Part shown: piece by piece, positions 33,308 through 41,781 of the stretch
Position numbering within the stretch: position 1 is the first letter of the stretch
Layout of the letters: each line of letters begins with the position of its first letter
From: an uncultured bacterium
GTDB lineage: Bacteria; Chloroflexota; Dehalococcoidia; Lucifugimonadales; UBA3495
Length of the DNA stretch: 56,012 nt
Direction: 5' to 3'
Assembly: GCA_963997925.1 (NCBI GenBank)
Contig: CAXEOX010000005.1
Span: forward strand, 1 to 56,012
The notes under the pieces: model-generated
Database searches by the model: none
Seen by the model: the letters and a program-made list of their open reading frames with translations, nothing else
What the model was told of the DNA's origin: nothing
Made by a program: the position numbers and the translations under genes

Positions 33308-34078
33308 ATGCCTTACGAGCATATCTTGGTAGAGAACGAAGAAGGAGTGGCGATTATCACGTTGAATCGCCCGGAAGTCTTGAACGCCATGAACCGGAAG
33401 CTGGGCACGGAGTTGCACGAAGCCGTGATGGCGGCGAACGCCGATGATGAGATTGGCTGTCTGGTAGTCACCGGCTCCGGAGAGCGAGCCTTTTCCGCCG
33501 GCGGAGACATCCACGAGCAGCGGGAGACCGCCCGTAACCTGACCGAAGAGCAGATGGAAGCGCGAGACGCGGAGCGCGGCTACCGGTCCTACGAGATCTC
33601 GGCTTGTCCCAAACCAATCATCGGTATGATGAATGGTCTGGCCTACGGTGGGGCGGCGGTGCTCTCTTCGTCGCTAGACTTCCGCATCGGTTGTGAAAAT
33701 ACCAAGTTCCGGTTCTTGGCCGCAGCTTACGGACGAATCAACTGCAGCTGGACTTTGCCCAATCAGGTTGGTTGGCCAATGGCTAAGGAACTGCTGTTCA
33801 GCGGACGTGTGGTGGAGGCGGAAGAAGCCCTTCGCATCGGTCTGATTAACCACCTGGTTCCCAAAGAGGAACTCCGGGCCAAGACCATGGAGATTGCCAC
33901 TACCATCGCCGGCAACCGGCACGAGACGGTGATTGGCATGAAGAAACTTCTGCTTGATGGTCTGAGCACCAACCTACTAGAACAGTTCGAGAACGAGCGC
34001 CATTTCACCAGAGAAGTGGTCAAGGGCTACGGCGTAGAAGATGCCTTCCCGGAGTTCCTAGCCAGAAAGGGCAGGTAA
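33308..34078 (+). CDS. enoyl-CoA hydratase/isomerase (crotonase superfamily)
   Basis: ATG 33308 after GGAGG. VAIITLNRPEVLNAMN...TGSGERAFSAGGD...PIIGMMNGLAYGG. Confidence 0.9.
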   Translation: MPYEHILVENEEGVAIITLNRPEVLNAMNRKLGTELHEAVMAANADDEIGCLVVTGSGERAFSAGGDIHEQRETARNLTEEQMEARDAERGYRSYEISACPKPIIGMMNGLAYGGAAVLSSSLDFRIGCENTKFRFLAAAYGRINCSWTLPNQVGWPMAKELLFSGRVVEAEEALRIGLINHLVPKEELRAKTMEIATTIAGNRHETVIGMKKLLLDGLSTNLLEQFENERHFTREVVKGYGVEDAFPEFLARKGR

Positions 34079-34114
34079 CGACCCGGCGGTATAAGTTAAG
34101 ATGGTCCCAAATGG

Positions 34115-34142
34115 GTAGGGGCACGGCTAGCCGTGCCCCTAC
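34115..34142. terminator. REP-A3 perfect palindrome between convergent genes (likely bidirectional terminator)
   Basis: GTAGGGGCACGGCT/AGCCGTGCCCCTAC between the crotonase stop (34078) and the hisB stop (34182). Confidence 0.55.
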
Positions 34143-34181
34143 GTGCGTCTGAAGCCTAGTCCCCTGCAGGAATCTGAATCT

Positions 34182-34802
34182 CTACTCCGTAATCGTCCCC
34201 TTGGTGCTGGGGACTTGATGGCCGCCTCGGGGGTCTGGTTCCACGGCGTCGCGGAGGGCGCGGGCTAGGGCTTTGAAGAGGGCTTCGGCTTTGTGGTGGG
34301 GGCTAACTCCCGCAAGGATCTTGGCGTGCAGGTTGATCTGCCCCTCGATGGCGAAGGACTCTAGCAGGTGGCCGATGAGGTCGCCGGACAGGGTTTCCAC
34401 CATAACGTTGTCCAGTCCCGTTTCCACCTCTGCATAGGCCCGGCCGCTGCAATCGACAACGACCATGGCCAGGGTCTCGTCCAGAGGAACGATGGCGTGG
34501 CCCATGCGCCGGATGCCTCGAGCGTCGCCCAAGGCCTGTCTGAAACAGCGGCCTAACAGGATGCCGACATCTTCCACCAAGTGGTGCCATCCGGTGTGGG
34601 TGTCGCCTTTGGCGTGGAGCGTTATGTCAAACAGACCGTGCCGTGCTAGCTGGTTAATCATATGGTCCAGAAAGCCGTTGCCGGTATCGACGTCGTAGTC
34701 GCCTTTACCGTCCAGGTTAAAGGTGACCGATATCTCGGTCTCGCTGGTGTTGCGCTCTAATGTCCCGATCCGAGGCGCGGCGATCTGTTCTTCCGATGCC
34801 AC
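34182..34802 (-). CDS. hisB: imidazoleglycerol-phosphate dehydratase
   Basis: RNTSETEISV...GFLDHMI...HHLVEDVGI...HHKAEALFKA motifs. Monofunctional, 206 aa. Confidence 0.95.
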   Translation of the reverse strand: MASEEQIAAPRIGTLERNTSETEISVTFNLDGKGDYDVDTGNGFLDHMINQLARHGLFDITLHAKGDTHTGWHHLVEDVGILLGRCFRQALGDARGIRRMGHAIVPLDETLAMVVVDCSGRAYAEVETGLDNVMVETLSGDLIGHLLESFAIEGQINLHAKILAGVSPHHKAEALFKALARALRDAVEPDPRGGHQVPSTKGTITE

Positions 34803-34803
34803 T

Positions 34804-35907
34804 TTATGCTGCCCCCACCAGTTCGGTTAGGGCCGCTACCACGGCGTCGGTTTCGTGGGGGAATCCGACGCTGGATCTGATGTAGTCCTTGAGCACGGGG
34901 GTGTTGAAGTAGCGCAGGAATATCCCACGGCTGCACAGGCCCTCGAAGATGCGTTCTCCCTGTCCTTCGGGGAGGCTGAACAGGATGAAATTGGCTTGAG
35001 AAGGCCAGGCTTTGATGCCGGGAATCTTCTGCAGCAGTCCCATCATCCGTTCCCGCTCGGCCACGATGGACTTTACCCGTTCCAGCAGAACCGTCGTGTC
35101 TTCCAATGAAGCGGTCAAGGCGACCTCGGCGGCGGTGTTCACGTTGTAAGGCGGCTTCATGCTAATCATGGTCTGGGCCAGTTCTTCTTGCATCACACCC
35201 AGGCCGATGCGCAGACCGGCTAGTCCGGCCCACTTGCTGAAGGTACGCAGTATCACTAAGTTGGGATATTCCTCCATCAAGGGCATGACCGACTCGCCGC
35301 AGAACTCGTAGTAGGTCTCGTCTACGACTATCAAACGTCCCGTTTCCAGCAAGGCCCTGATCTGGCTTTCGGTGGCGATATTGCCGCTGGGGTTGTTGGG
35401 CGAAGCGAGGAAGACGGCTTTGGTCTTGGGCGTCATCGCCGTTACCATCGCTTCTACGTCAATCTCGAAGTTCTCGTCACTGGGTATGGACAGGGCTTCA
35501 CCGCCGCAGATGTCAGCGGTGAAGGAGTACATGCCGAAGGTGGGCGACGGGATGATGATGTTCTCGCCCGGCCCCAGAAACATGCGCAACAGCAGGTCGA
35601 TCAACTCGTCGCTGCCGTTGCCCGCGACGATTCGCTCCGCAGGCGCACCCAGATACTTGGAAAGGACGCTCCTTAGCTTGCGCTGCTCCGGGTCGGTGTA
35701 GTGATTGTAGAACTGGAAATTGCCCAGCGCCTCGTTCACTACAGGCGAAGGGCCGAAGGGATTCTCGTTGCCGTTGAGGCGAATCACTTGGTCCGCCGGG
35801 ATACCGGCCCGTTCCGCGATGACCTCCATGGGGTCAACCCCGTGGTAGGGCTTCAAGCGGCGGATGTGGGGCAACATCATTTCTTGGAGGTTTTCAATGT
35901 TGTTCAT
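34804..35907 (-). CDS. hisC: histidinol-phosphate aminotransferase
   Basis: LNGNENPFGPSP, SPNNPSGN and RTFSKWAGLAGLRIG (PLP Lys). ATGA overlap with hisD. Confidence 0.9.
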   Translation of the reverse strand: MNNIENLQEMMLPHIRRLKPYHGVDPMEVIAERAGIPADQVIRLNGNENPFGPSPVVNEALGNFQFYNHYTDPEQRKLRSVLSKYLGAPAERIVAGNGSDELIDLLLRMFLGPGENIIIPSPTFGMYSFTADICGGEALSIPSDENFEIDVEAMVTAMTPKTKAVFLASPNNPSGNIATESQIRALLETGRLIVVDETYYEFCGESVMPLMEEYPNLVILRTFSKWAGLAGLRIGLGVMQEELAQTMISMKPPYNVNTAAEVALTASLEDTTVLLERVKSIVAERERMMGLLQKIPGIKAWPSQANFILFSLPEGQGERIFEGLCSRGIFLRYFNTPVLKDYIRSSVGFPHETDAVVAALTELVGAA

Positions 35908-37253
35908 TTTGCAGCGGCCCCGCTTTCAATGTAGTCAAGCCTTACTTGGATGGCGCTGGCGTGTCCCGCTAAGCCCTCGGCATTGGCGATCTGTACCGCT
36001 GACGGCCCCAAACGCTGGAAGTCCGAGGGGCTAAGCCCGACCACCGGCATGCGGCGCAGAAACTGGTGCACGCTGAGGGCCGAGCTGTATCGGGCGGTGC
36101 CCCCGGTGGGCATCACGTGACTGGGACCGGCGATGTAGTCGCCCATCACTTCGGGAGAAAATTCGCCGAGGAACAGGCCGCCGGCGTGCCTAATCTTGTC
36201 CGTCCAGGTCCAAGGGTCGGAGACCATCAGGCAAAGATGCTCGGGGGCGATGTTGTTGACTAGGTCGGCGGCTTGGTCCAGGGAATCAACCAGGACGATT
36301 CTGCCCCGACGCTCCAATGCGCTGCGGGCCAGTTCCCCCCTGGGTGTAGCGGCCAACATGGTATCCAACTCCGATTGCACCTGATCTATCAGCGACTGGG
36401 AGTCGGTCACCAGGATGGCAGTGGCCATAGGGTCGTGTTCGGCTTGGCCAATCATGTCGGCGGCGCAGAATATGGGGCTGGCCGATCCGTCGGCGACGAC
36501 GATGGTCTCGGTGGGACCAAACACGCCGTCGATGCCCACTTGGCCTTGCACCAAGCTCTTGGCCAACCCAACGAACAGGTTGCCGGGTCCGCATATTTTG
36601 TCTACTTTGGCGATGGAATCGGTCCCGTAGGCCATGGCTCCGATGGCCGGAACGCCGCCTACCTGGTAGATGGCGTCCACCCCGGCAATCTCCGCCGCAA
36701 CCAGTACTGCCGGGTTCAAGGGTTCGTTCCCCCGGCGTGGTGTGGCAAGGATAATCTCTTTGACTCCGGCGACCCGGGCGGGGACCGCTGTCATCAGGAC
36801 AGTGGATGGATAGGCGGCGGTGCCGCCGGGGGCGTAAAGGCCAACCCGGTCTAAGGGACGCACAAGTTCGCCCAAGCCTTTGTTTTCATCCAGCCAATCC
36901 GAGGGCATGACGGCTTCATGAAACTCTCTCACCCGTTGAGCGGCCAACTCCAAGGACTTGCGAAGGTCATCGGAGACAGCGGCCCGCGCCTCGTCCATCT
37001 GGGCGGGACTGACCAGCATGTCCTGTAGGTCGATGTTGTCCAGCATCTTGGCGTAATGGCGCACCGCTGTGTCTCCGGTGGCGCGGACATCGCGCAGGAT
37101 GCGGATGACCGACTCCTCCGGCGAAACACCCTCGCCAAAGATACGGCGGGTCTGGGCCGAGACGGATTCGGGCAGGCCGCTAAAGTCGAGGGGGTCTAAA
37201 CGGGTAAGAACTGCCTCCGCGCCTTCAACCCCTTTAATCAGCTTAAGTTCCAC
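35904..37253 (-). CDS. hisD: histidinol dehydrogenase
   Basis: GTG start. YAPGGTAAYPSTVLM...GPGNLFV...QAEHD...APEHL motifs. Confidence 0.95.
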   Translation of the reverse strand: MELKLIKGVEGAEAVLTRLDPLDFSGLPESVSAQTRRIFGEGVSPEESVIRILRDVRATGDTAVRHYAKMLDNIDLQDMLVSPAQMDEARAAVSDDLRKSLELAAQRVREFHEAVMPSDWLDENKGLGELVRPLDRVGLYAPGGTAAYPSTVLMTAVPARVAGVKEIILATPRRGNEPLNPAVLVAAEIAGVDAIYQVGGVPAIGAMAYGTDSIAKVDKICGPGNLFVGLAKSLVQGQVGIDGVFGPTETIVVADGSASPIFCAADMIGQAEHDPMATAILVTDSQSLIDQVQSELDTMLAATPRGELARSALERRGRIVLVDSLDQAADLVNNIAPEHLCLMVSDPWTWTDKIRHAGGLFLGEFSPEVMGDYIAGPSHVMPTGGTARYSSALSVHQFLRRMPVVGLSPSDFQRLGPSAVQIANAEGLAGHASAIQVRLDYIESGAAAK

Positions 37254-37306
37254 GTTATCTTGTCCTTCTTGCTAACCGTGTTATAGACGAATTATAGGGA
37301 TTGCTA

Positions 37307-38308
37307 CTATGCCGACACCGCGTCTGAATCTATTACGTGGCTCCGATATTGTCGATATCGGTCGGCCATCGTGAGTGCTTCCTGTCCTCTCGCACTCAGA
37401 AATTCTTCGTTAGCAATGCTGGGCGCCACACGAACAACACCGACATCGGCATATTGCGGGCCTGGCCTAGGCGGATTTTCAGCTTCGTAGATGATGAACG
37501 CCTCTTTCGAGCGGTCAAGATCCGAATCTAGCCGTGAAATCGTTTGATAACCAGACGCCACTAGTTCCTCGACAAGATCTGAAATTCCGACTGAACTAGT
37601 ACTATCTCGCGTCGGATACTTTTTCTTCAGGTAAGCCGTAAGTGTATCGAGGTTTATTTCTTCGGTTCCTAGTGTATTGGCAATTTGTGCTTTTTGCTCG
37701 GCCTGTAGTCTGGCCTGTTGGCTGGAGCTAAAAAACAACTCGAAATGAGAGTCGGCAACATAGAACATTGCGCTCAAAGCATTAAAGTCCCGACGCAGAT
37801 TTGATGGTATCGCATTCGGTGACTTATAATCCAAATAGTGCGAAATTGTCGCCCAGGCGTGCATTGCGATAGTTCTAACCTGCACCTCGAATCGCAATCC
37901 CTTGATTCCGTCGTAGCGAGGGCCACTGAAACTATCAGGCAGCCTTGCTACATAGTGCACTGATAGGTAGCCGAATTCTTCGTGGGGCTTTGCGGTTATC
38001 TTGTCATCAGTACTTTCTAGGTCGAATGTTTCCTCGAGAAGCTTTCCAATCTCCTGGATATCGGACAGAAAAAGGCCAATAATCCTAATCCCGCAGATAT
38101 CTACTATTTCTTCAAATGGCGGCTCAGTTTCTTGCCGCTCCATTTTAGCAATTAGCGAGTCGACCGGTTTGATGCGTCCTTCCAGCATGTGAATGGCGAT
38201 ACCCCGTTGCGCTAACGCGCTTTCGAGAATGTAGATTATTTCGCCTTTCAGTTGCTCGTATTTTGGCCGTGCCGATTCATAGCCAGCCTGGACTTCATCT
38301 ATTTCCAT
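37307..38308 (-). CDS. RelA/SpoT-domain small alarmone synthetase with an unassigned ~130-aa C-terminal domain
   Basis: GRIKPVDSLIAKMERQ, DICGIRIIG, GYLSVHYVARL and FEVQVRTIAMHAWATISHYLDYK. No HD/TGS/ACT domains. Visibly AT-rich relative to its flanks. Confidence 0.85.
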   Translation of the reverse strand: MEIDEVQAGYESARPKYEQLKGEIIYILESALAQRGIAIHMLEGRIKPVDSLIAKMERQETEPPFEEIVDICGIRIIGLFLSDIQEIGKLLEETFDLESTDDKITAKPHEEFGYLSVHYVARLPDSFSGPRYDGIKGLRFEVQVRTIAMHAWATISHYLDYKSPNAIPSNLRRDFNALSAMFYVADSHFELFFSSSQQARLQAEQKAQIANTLGTEEINLDTLTAYLKKKYPTRDSTSSVGISDLVEELVASGYQTISRLDSDLDRSKEAFIIYEAENPPRPGPQYADVGVVRVAPSIANEEFLSARGQEALTMADRYRQYRSHVIDSDAVSA

Positions 38309-38326
38309 ATCGAAACCTTAGAACCC

Positions 38327-39085
38327 CTATACTCCACTCATATACTCGCGAGCATGGGAAACCGTTTGCGCCAAGACCTGTGCCTGGTAGGCGTCCAACC
38401 GCTCTTCGGGAATCTTCTCATATATGCGTTCTAAACTGTAGGGCATCCCCTGCAGGAACTTGTCCACGGTTTGCTGAACGTCGTCGTTGTCGCGGTACAT
38501 GCGGTTCATGGCCCGTTTCAATCTGTCCCAGCTGAAATCCCGAGTCATGAACCGGCCGACCCACTCCCTCCATTCTTGGAGAAGGTCGACTTCTAGGAAC
38601 CCAACATCCACGCTTTGATCGCCGCAGATTATGTCCTCAGCGGCTTGGTGTAAGCCGTCCATGGCGGCAAAGGTTTTGCGGTCCATCTCCAGTTGGAGCG
38701 TCCGGTCCCACATGTTGGCCTCGACGTCGTCGCAGGCAACATTGTTCTCGCCGTCGAAGTAGGTTCGGTACATGGTGGTGATCCAAACTTCGTCGGCCAC
38801 CAAGTGGCTGATGTATCCCAAGATAAAGGCCCGGGTAGCCGGCGTCTGGTTGCCGGGGTCGGCCAGGTTCGGGTAGCTTTCCAGCATGGTGCGGACCCCG
38901 GTGCCGACTGACTCCAGCGACAGAGTGGCAAAATGGGTCCGTTCTCTGGGCCAGCCGGTCATCGCCCGGATGTCCGGAGTTGTGGACCCCAGGAAGAAGC
39001 TTCCGACGTGGTCCTGGATGCTTCCCCAGTCCAGTTGCTCGGCGGCCTGGTTGGCCAGATATATGTGCATCGGCAGATTGGGCAT
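38327..39085 (-). CDS. zinc-dependent phospholipase C-fold family protein
   Basis: Start moved to ATG 39085 (4 nt after the hisG stop). MHIYLANQAAEQL...FFLGSTTPDI...GYISHLVADEVW are His/Asp metal-site contexts of the Zn_dep_PLPC family. Confidence 0.65.
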   Translation of the reverse strand: MPNLPMHIYLANQAAEQLDWGSIQDHVGSFFLGSTTPDIRAMTGWPRERTHFATLSLESVGTGVRTMLESYPNLADPGNQTPATRAFILGYISHLVADEVWITTMYRTYFDGENNVACDDVEANMWDRTLQLEMDRKTFAAMDGLHQAAEDIICGDQSVDVGFLEVDLLQEWREWVGRFMTRDFSWDRLKRAMNRMYRDNDDVQQTVDKFLQGMPYSLERIYEKIPEERLDAYQAQVLAQTVSHAREYMSGV

Positions 39086-39089
39086 GCCG

Positions 39090-40106
39090 TTAAGACTCTC
39101 CGTTCTCGAACAGTTGGTGGTACGCCGAAGAGAAGCCATCGAACAGGTAGGTTATTTGGGATGCGGCTATGTCTACCGCGCCGCAACTCCGCAGGTGGTC
39201 CACCGCTTCCAGAAGCTGGCCCTTCTTGATGAGCAAGCTAACGCTATACCAGTCCTCTTCCTCAATGTTGTAGACCCTGGCGATGGTGGGTCCTCGAAGT
39301 CCCGCAAGATCCGGCCGGGCCAGAACGGTGCCGCTGACTTCCTGAGCGGAGGCGCTTTGAACGTTGGCGGTGATGCGGTAGAAAGGCTCGGCTCGGAGAT
39401 GGGCTTCCATGACGTCCATTATCGAGCGGGCCAGTTTCAGACATTTCTTGGATTCTTTGAGCAGGTTGATGTTTCCGATCAAGCAGGCCTGGGAAACCAA
39501 TATCGTGCCCTCTTCCAGGGTTTTGAGTTGGTTCTCCCGCATGGTCGTGCCGGTGGCAGTGATGTCGGCGATCAGGTCGGCGTACCCGGCGGCGGGGGCA
39601 GCTTCCAGGGTGCCGCTTACCGGAACCAGAGTGAAGTGGTTGATTCCCCGGTCAAACAGGTAGTGGCGCAACAACCGAGCGTACTTGGTGGCGATGCGGA
39701 GTTGTTTACCCTGCTGACGAAACTCCAATGCCAGGTCTGCTAGGTCGGAAACCGATGTCACATCAAGCCATGAGTTTGGCACGGCGAGAACGAAGTCGGC
39801 TTGTCCATAGCGCAGATCGTCTATCAGAGTAGCCACGGTGTGATCGTCGTGACGGTATTCCAGCAACCGGTCCAAACCGGTAACGCCCAACTCGGCGCTG
39901 CCCTCCTCGACCTTTTCGGTGATGTCGGCGGTTCTTTGGAACAGCACCTCAACGCCGGAAATGGCGGGGATAGTGCCGGTATAGCGTCGACTGTTGGGAC
40001 GCAGAACCGACAGACCACAGGCGCTGAAAAAATTCAGAGTGGATTCATGCAGGGCGCCGTCGCTGGGCAGGACCAGTCGCAAAGCCGTTTCTTCCTTCAA
40101 TGACAT
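39090..40106 (-). CDS. hisG: ATP phosphoribosyltransferase, long form with C-terminal HisG_C regulatory domain
   Basis: LRLVLPSDGAL...GVTGLD...DITATGTTMRENQL, plus C-terminal ...GPTIARVYN...WYSVSLLIKKGQLLEAVDHLRSCGAVDI. Confidence 0.9.
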   Translation of the reverse strand: MSLKEETALRLVLPSDGALHESTLNFFSACGLSVLRPNSRRYTGTIPAISGVEVLFQRTADITEKVEEGSAELGVTGLDRLLEYRHDDHTVATLIDDLRYGQADFVLAVPNSWLDVTSVSDLADLALEFRQQGKQLRIATKYARLLRHYLFDRGINHFTLVPVSGTLEAAPAAGYADLIADITATGTTMRENQLKTLEEGTILVSQACLIGNINLLKESKKCLKLARSIMDVMEAHLRAEPFYRITANVQSASAQEVSGTVLARPDLAGLRGPTIARVYNIEEEDWYSVSLLIKKGQLLEAVDHLRSCGAVDIAASQITYLFDGFSSAYHQLFENGES

Positions 40107-40109
40107 GGG

Positions 40110-41549
40110 TTACCGCCGGTCCGGCTCGGCTGAGTGGGCCGTTCGCTGGCCGTCTACGCTGACTACGACAACCTGAGCCATACCCGACTTGCGAGCGTAG
40201 ACGAGGCCTTCACCCAGATCCCGTCCACGGACGTCTAATTCAGTTTGGATGCCCTGTTGCCTCAGGTCCGAAGCGGCTCGTAACGCTGCCCGGTAGCTTT
40301 TCGGGCTATCCGCTATGACCAGCGCGCCGGACGCTTCAGAAGCTCCATCATCCGCAGCGCCGGAGTGTTCGACGGCTTCAAGAAGGGCTTCCAGGGTGTA
40401 AGCGAAACCCAAAGCAGGCAGAGGTTCCGGGCTACCCAGGGCTTGGGCCAAGTCGTCGTAACGACCGCCCCCGGCCAATGGTGTTTCGCAACTGGGGTGG
40501 GTAACTTCAAATACAAGCCCGTTGTAATAAGCCAGGCCGCGAACCAACCCCAAGTCCACTACCAGATTTTCAGCGACTCCGGGCTCCGATTGAACGAGAT
40601 TCAGAAACTCCTCAAATCTCTCAACCGCAGCCATGTCAGCTCCGGCTTCGGTCACAACGTTGCGCAGGGCCGTCACCGATGCGGCGGGTTCTCCGCTGAT
40701 GCCTGCCAGGTCGCTGATAAGATTCAACGCTCGTTCCAAAACTGCTACGTCGTCGCCGCCTCTTAGCTTGCGCAATAAGCGGTCAACTACGTCATCGGGG
40801 TCCCGTTGTCCGAATTGGTCCGCCGCCGTCCAGTCAAGCAAACCATGCAGAACCTTGCGAGACTGGGCGTCGTCCAAACCGTCGATCGCTTGGCCCAGAG
40901 CATCGTCAGGAGTATCTTGAATCGCCAGATGTAGTTGCCGGGCCTGTTCAAGCACGTCCGGAACAGCCTGCCGTCCTTCCTTTAATCGGGGCACGCTGCT
41001 CATGATGAAAGTGCGGGCTCGATCGGAAACGCCCACTGCGTCCAAAACGCTGTGCACCACGTCCAGGTTGGCGACGCGTATCTGATAGCCTGTCAGGCCC
41101 AGTTGAGACGGGCCGTGGGCCGCCAGTCCTAGAAGCTCGACGTCGGCCATCACGCTGGATGAGCCTAGAAGCTCGGCGCCGACTTGGGTGAACTGACCCC
41201 TGCCTTGGCCGTCCTTGTCATAGCGAAACACCGGACCGGCGTATTGCCAGCGGGCCGGCAGGGCGACGTCTGGGGCTTGTTCCAAATAATGGCGGACTAT
41301 GGGTGAGGTGAATTCAGGGCGGAGGCTGACGTGGTTGCTACCGGCGTCGGTGAAGCTGTACATCCGGGAGGCCAGTTCTCCGCCGGCTTTGCGAAGAAAC
41401 AGTTCGGTGGATTCTAGGATGGGCGTCTCTAAATAACGGTAGCCGTAGCTACCAATCAACTCCACCAGCCGGTCCTGGAGGTTTCGTTTCCGTAACCAAA
41501 AATCCTGGGGAGTGTCGTACATTCCCAGGAGGCGCGTGACCGATTTCAT
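40110..41549 (-). CDS. hisZ: HisRS-like protein, probable HisZ (regulatory subunit), retaining an anticodon-binding-like C-terminal domain
   Basis: LRPEFTSPIVR, FRYDKDGQGRGQFTQVG (degenerate motif 2), LVRGLAYY and GGGRYDDL. The C-terminal region resembles the HisRS anticodon domain. Sits directly upstream of hisG. Confidence 0.55.
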   Translation of the reverse strand: MKSVTRLLGMYDTPQDFWLRKRNLQDRLVELIGSYGYRYLETPILESTELFLRKAGGELASRMYSFTDAGSNHVSLRPEFTSPIVRHYLEQAPDVALPARWQYAGPVFRYDKDGQGRGQFTQVGAELLGSSSVMADVELLGLAAHGPSQLGLTGYQIRVANLDVVHSVLDAVGVSDRARTFIMSSVPRLKEGRQAVPDVLEQARQLHLAIQDTPDDALGQAIDGLDDAQSRKVLHGLLDWTAADQFGQRDPDDVVDRLLRKLRGGDDVAVLERALNLISDLAGISGEPAASVTALRNVVTEAGADMAAVERFEEFLNLVQSEPGVAENLVVDLGLVRGLAYYNGLVFEVTHPSCETPLAGGGRYDDLAQALGSPEPLPALGFAYTLEALLEAVEHSGAADDGASEASGALVIADSPKSYRAALRAASDLRQQGIQTELDVRGRDLGEGLVYARKSGMAQVVVVSVDGQRTAHSAEPDRR

Positions 41550-41659
41550 CAGAAGAAAGACTCATCATTTCATCATGTTGAGGACTGGAGCCTATTGTAC
41601 AGCAGCCCCTGTGGTGGTTCAACTTGAACGAGGGCCGTGAATCGGTAGGAATTGGGGGG

Positions 41660-41720
41660 CCCTCACCCCCCGGCCCCTCTCCCGCGGGTAGAGGGGTGCC
41701 GACGATAAAATCGGGTGCGG
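41660..41720 (-). repeat. nested GC-rich hairpin element (REP-B3), inverted relative to B1/B2
   Basis: CCCTCACCCCCCGG-CCCCTCTCCC-GCGG-GTAGAGGGG-TGCCGACGATAAAATC-GGGTGCGG. The spacer resembles the reverse complement of the B1 spacer. Confidence 0.65.
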
Positions 41721-41781
41721 ACTCCTAGCGTATCTTCAGCGAAATGACACGGGACTATCTAGAAGTTGCCGGGTATCTGAG

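Noticed and set aside
39086-39139. Upstream extension of the Zn-PLC-fold ORF overlapping the hisG 3' end
   Set aside because: The extension (MASLRRTTNCSRTESLNG) is not protein-like and overlaps hisG by 50 nt. The ATG at 39085 lies 4 nt after the hisG stop.
41550-41781. T-box or his attenuator leader upstream of the hisZ-like gene
   Set aside because: There is no T-box sequence (GGUGGNACCGCG-like) and no run of His codons in a leader peptide. The region is occupied by a REP-B element.
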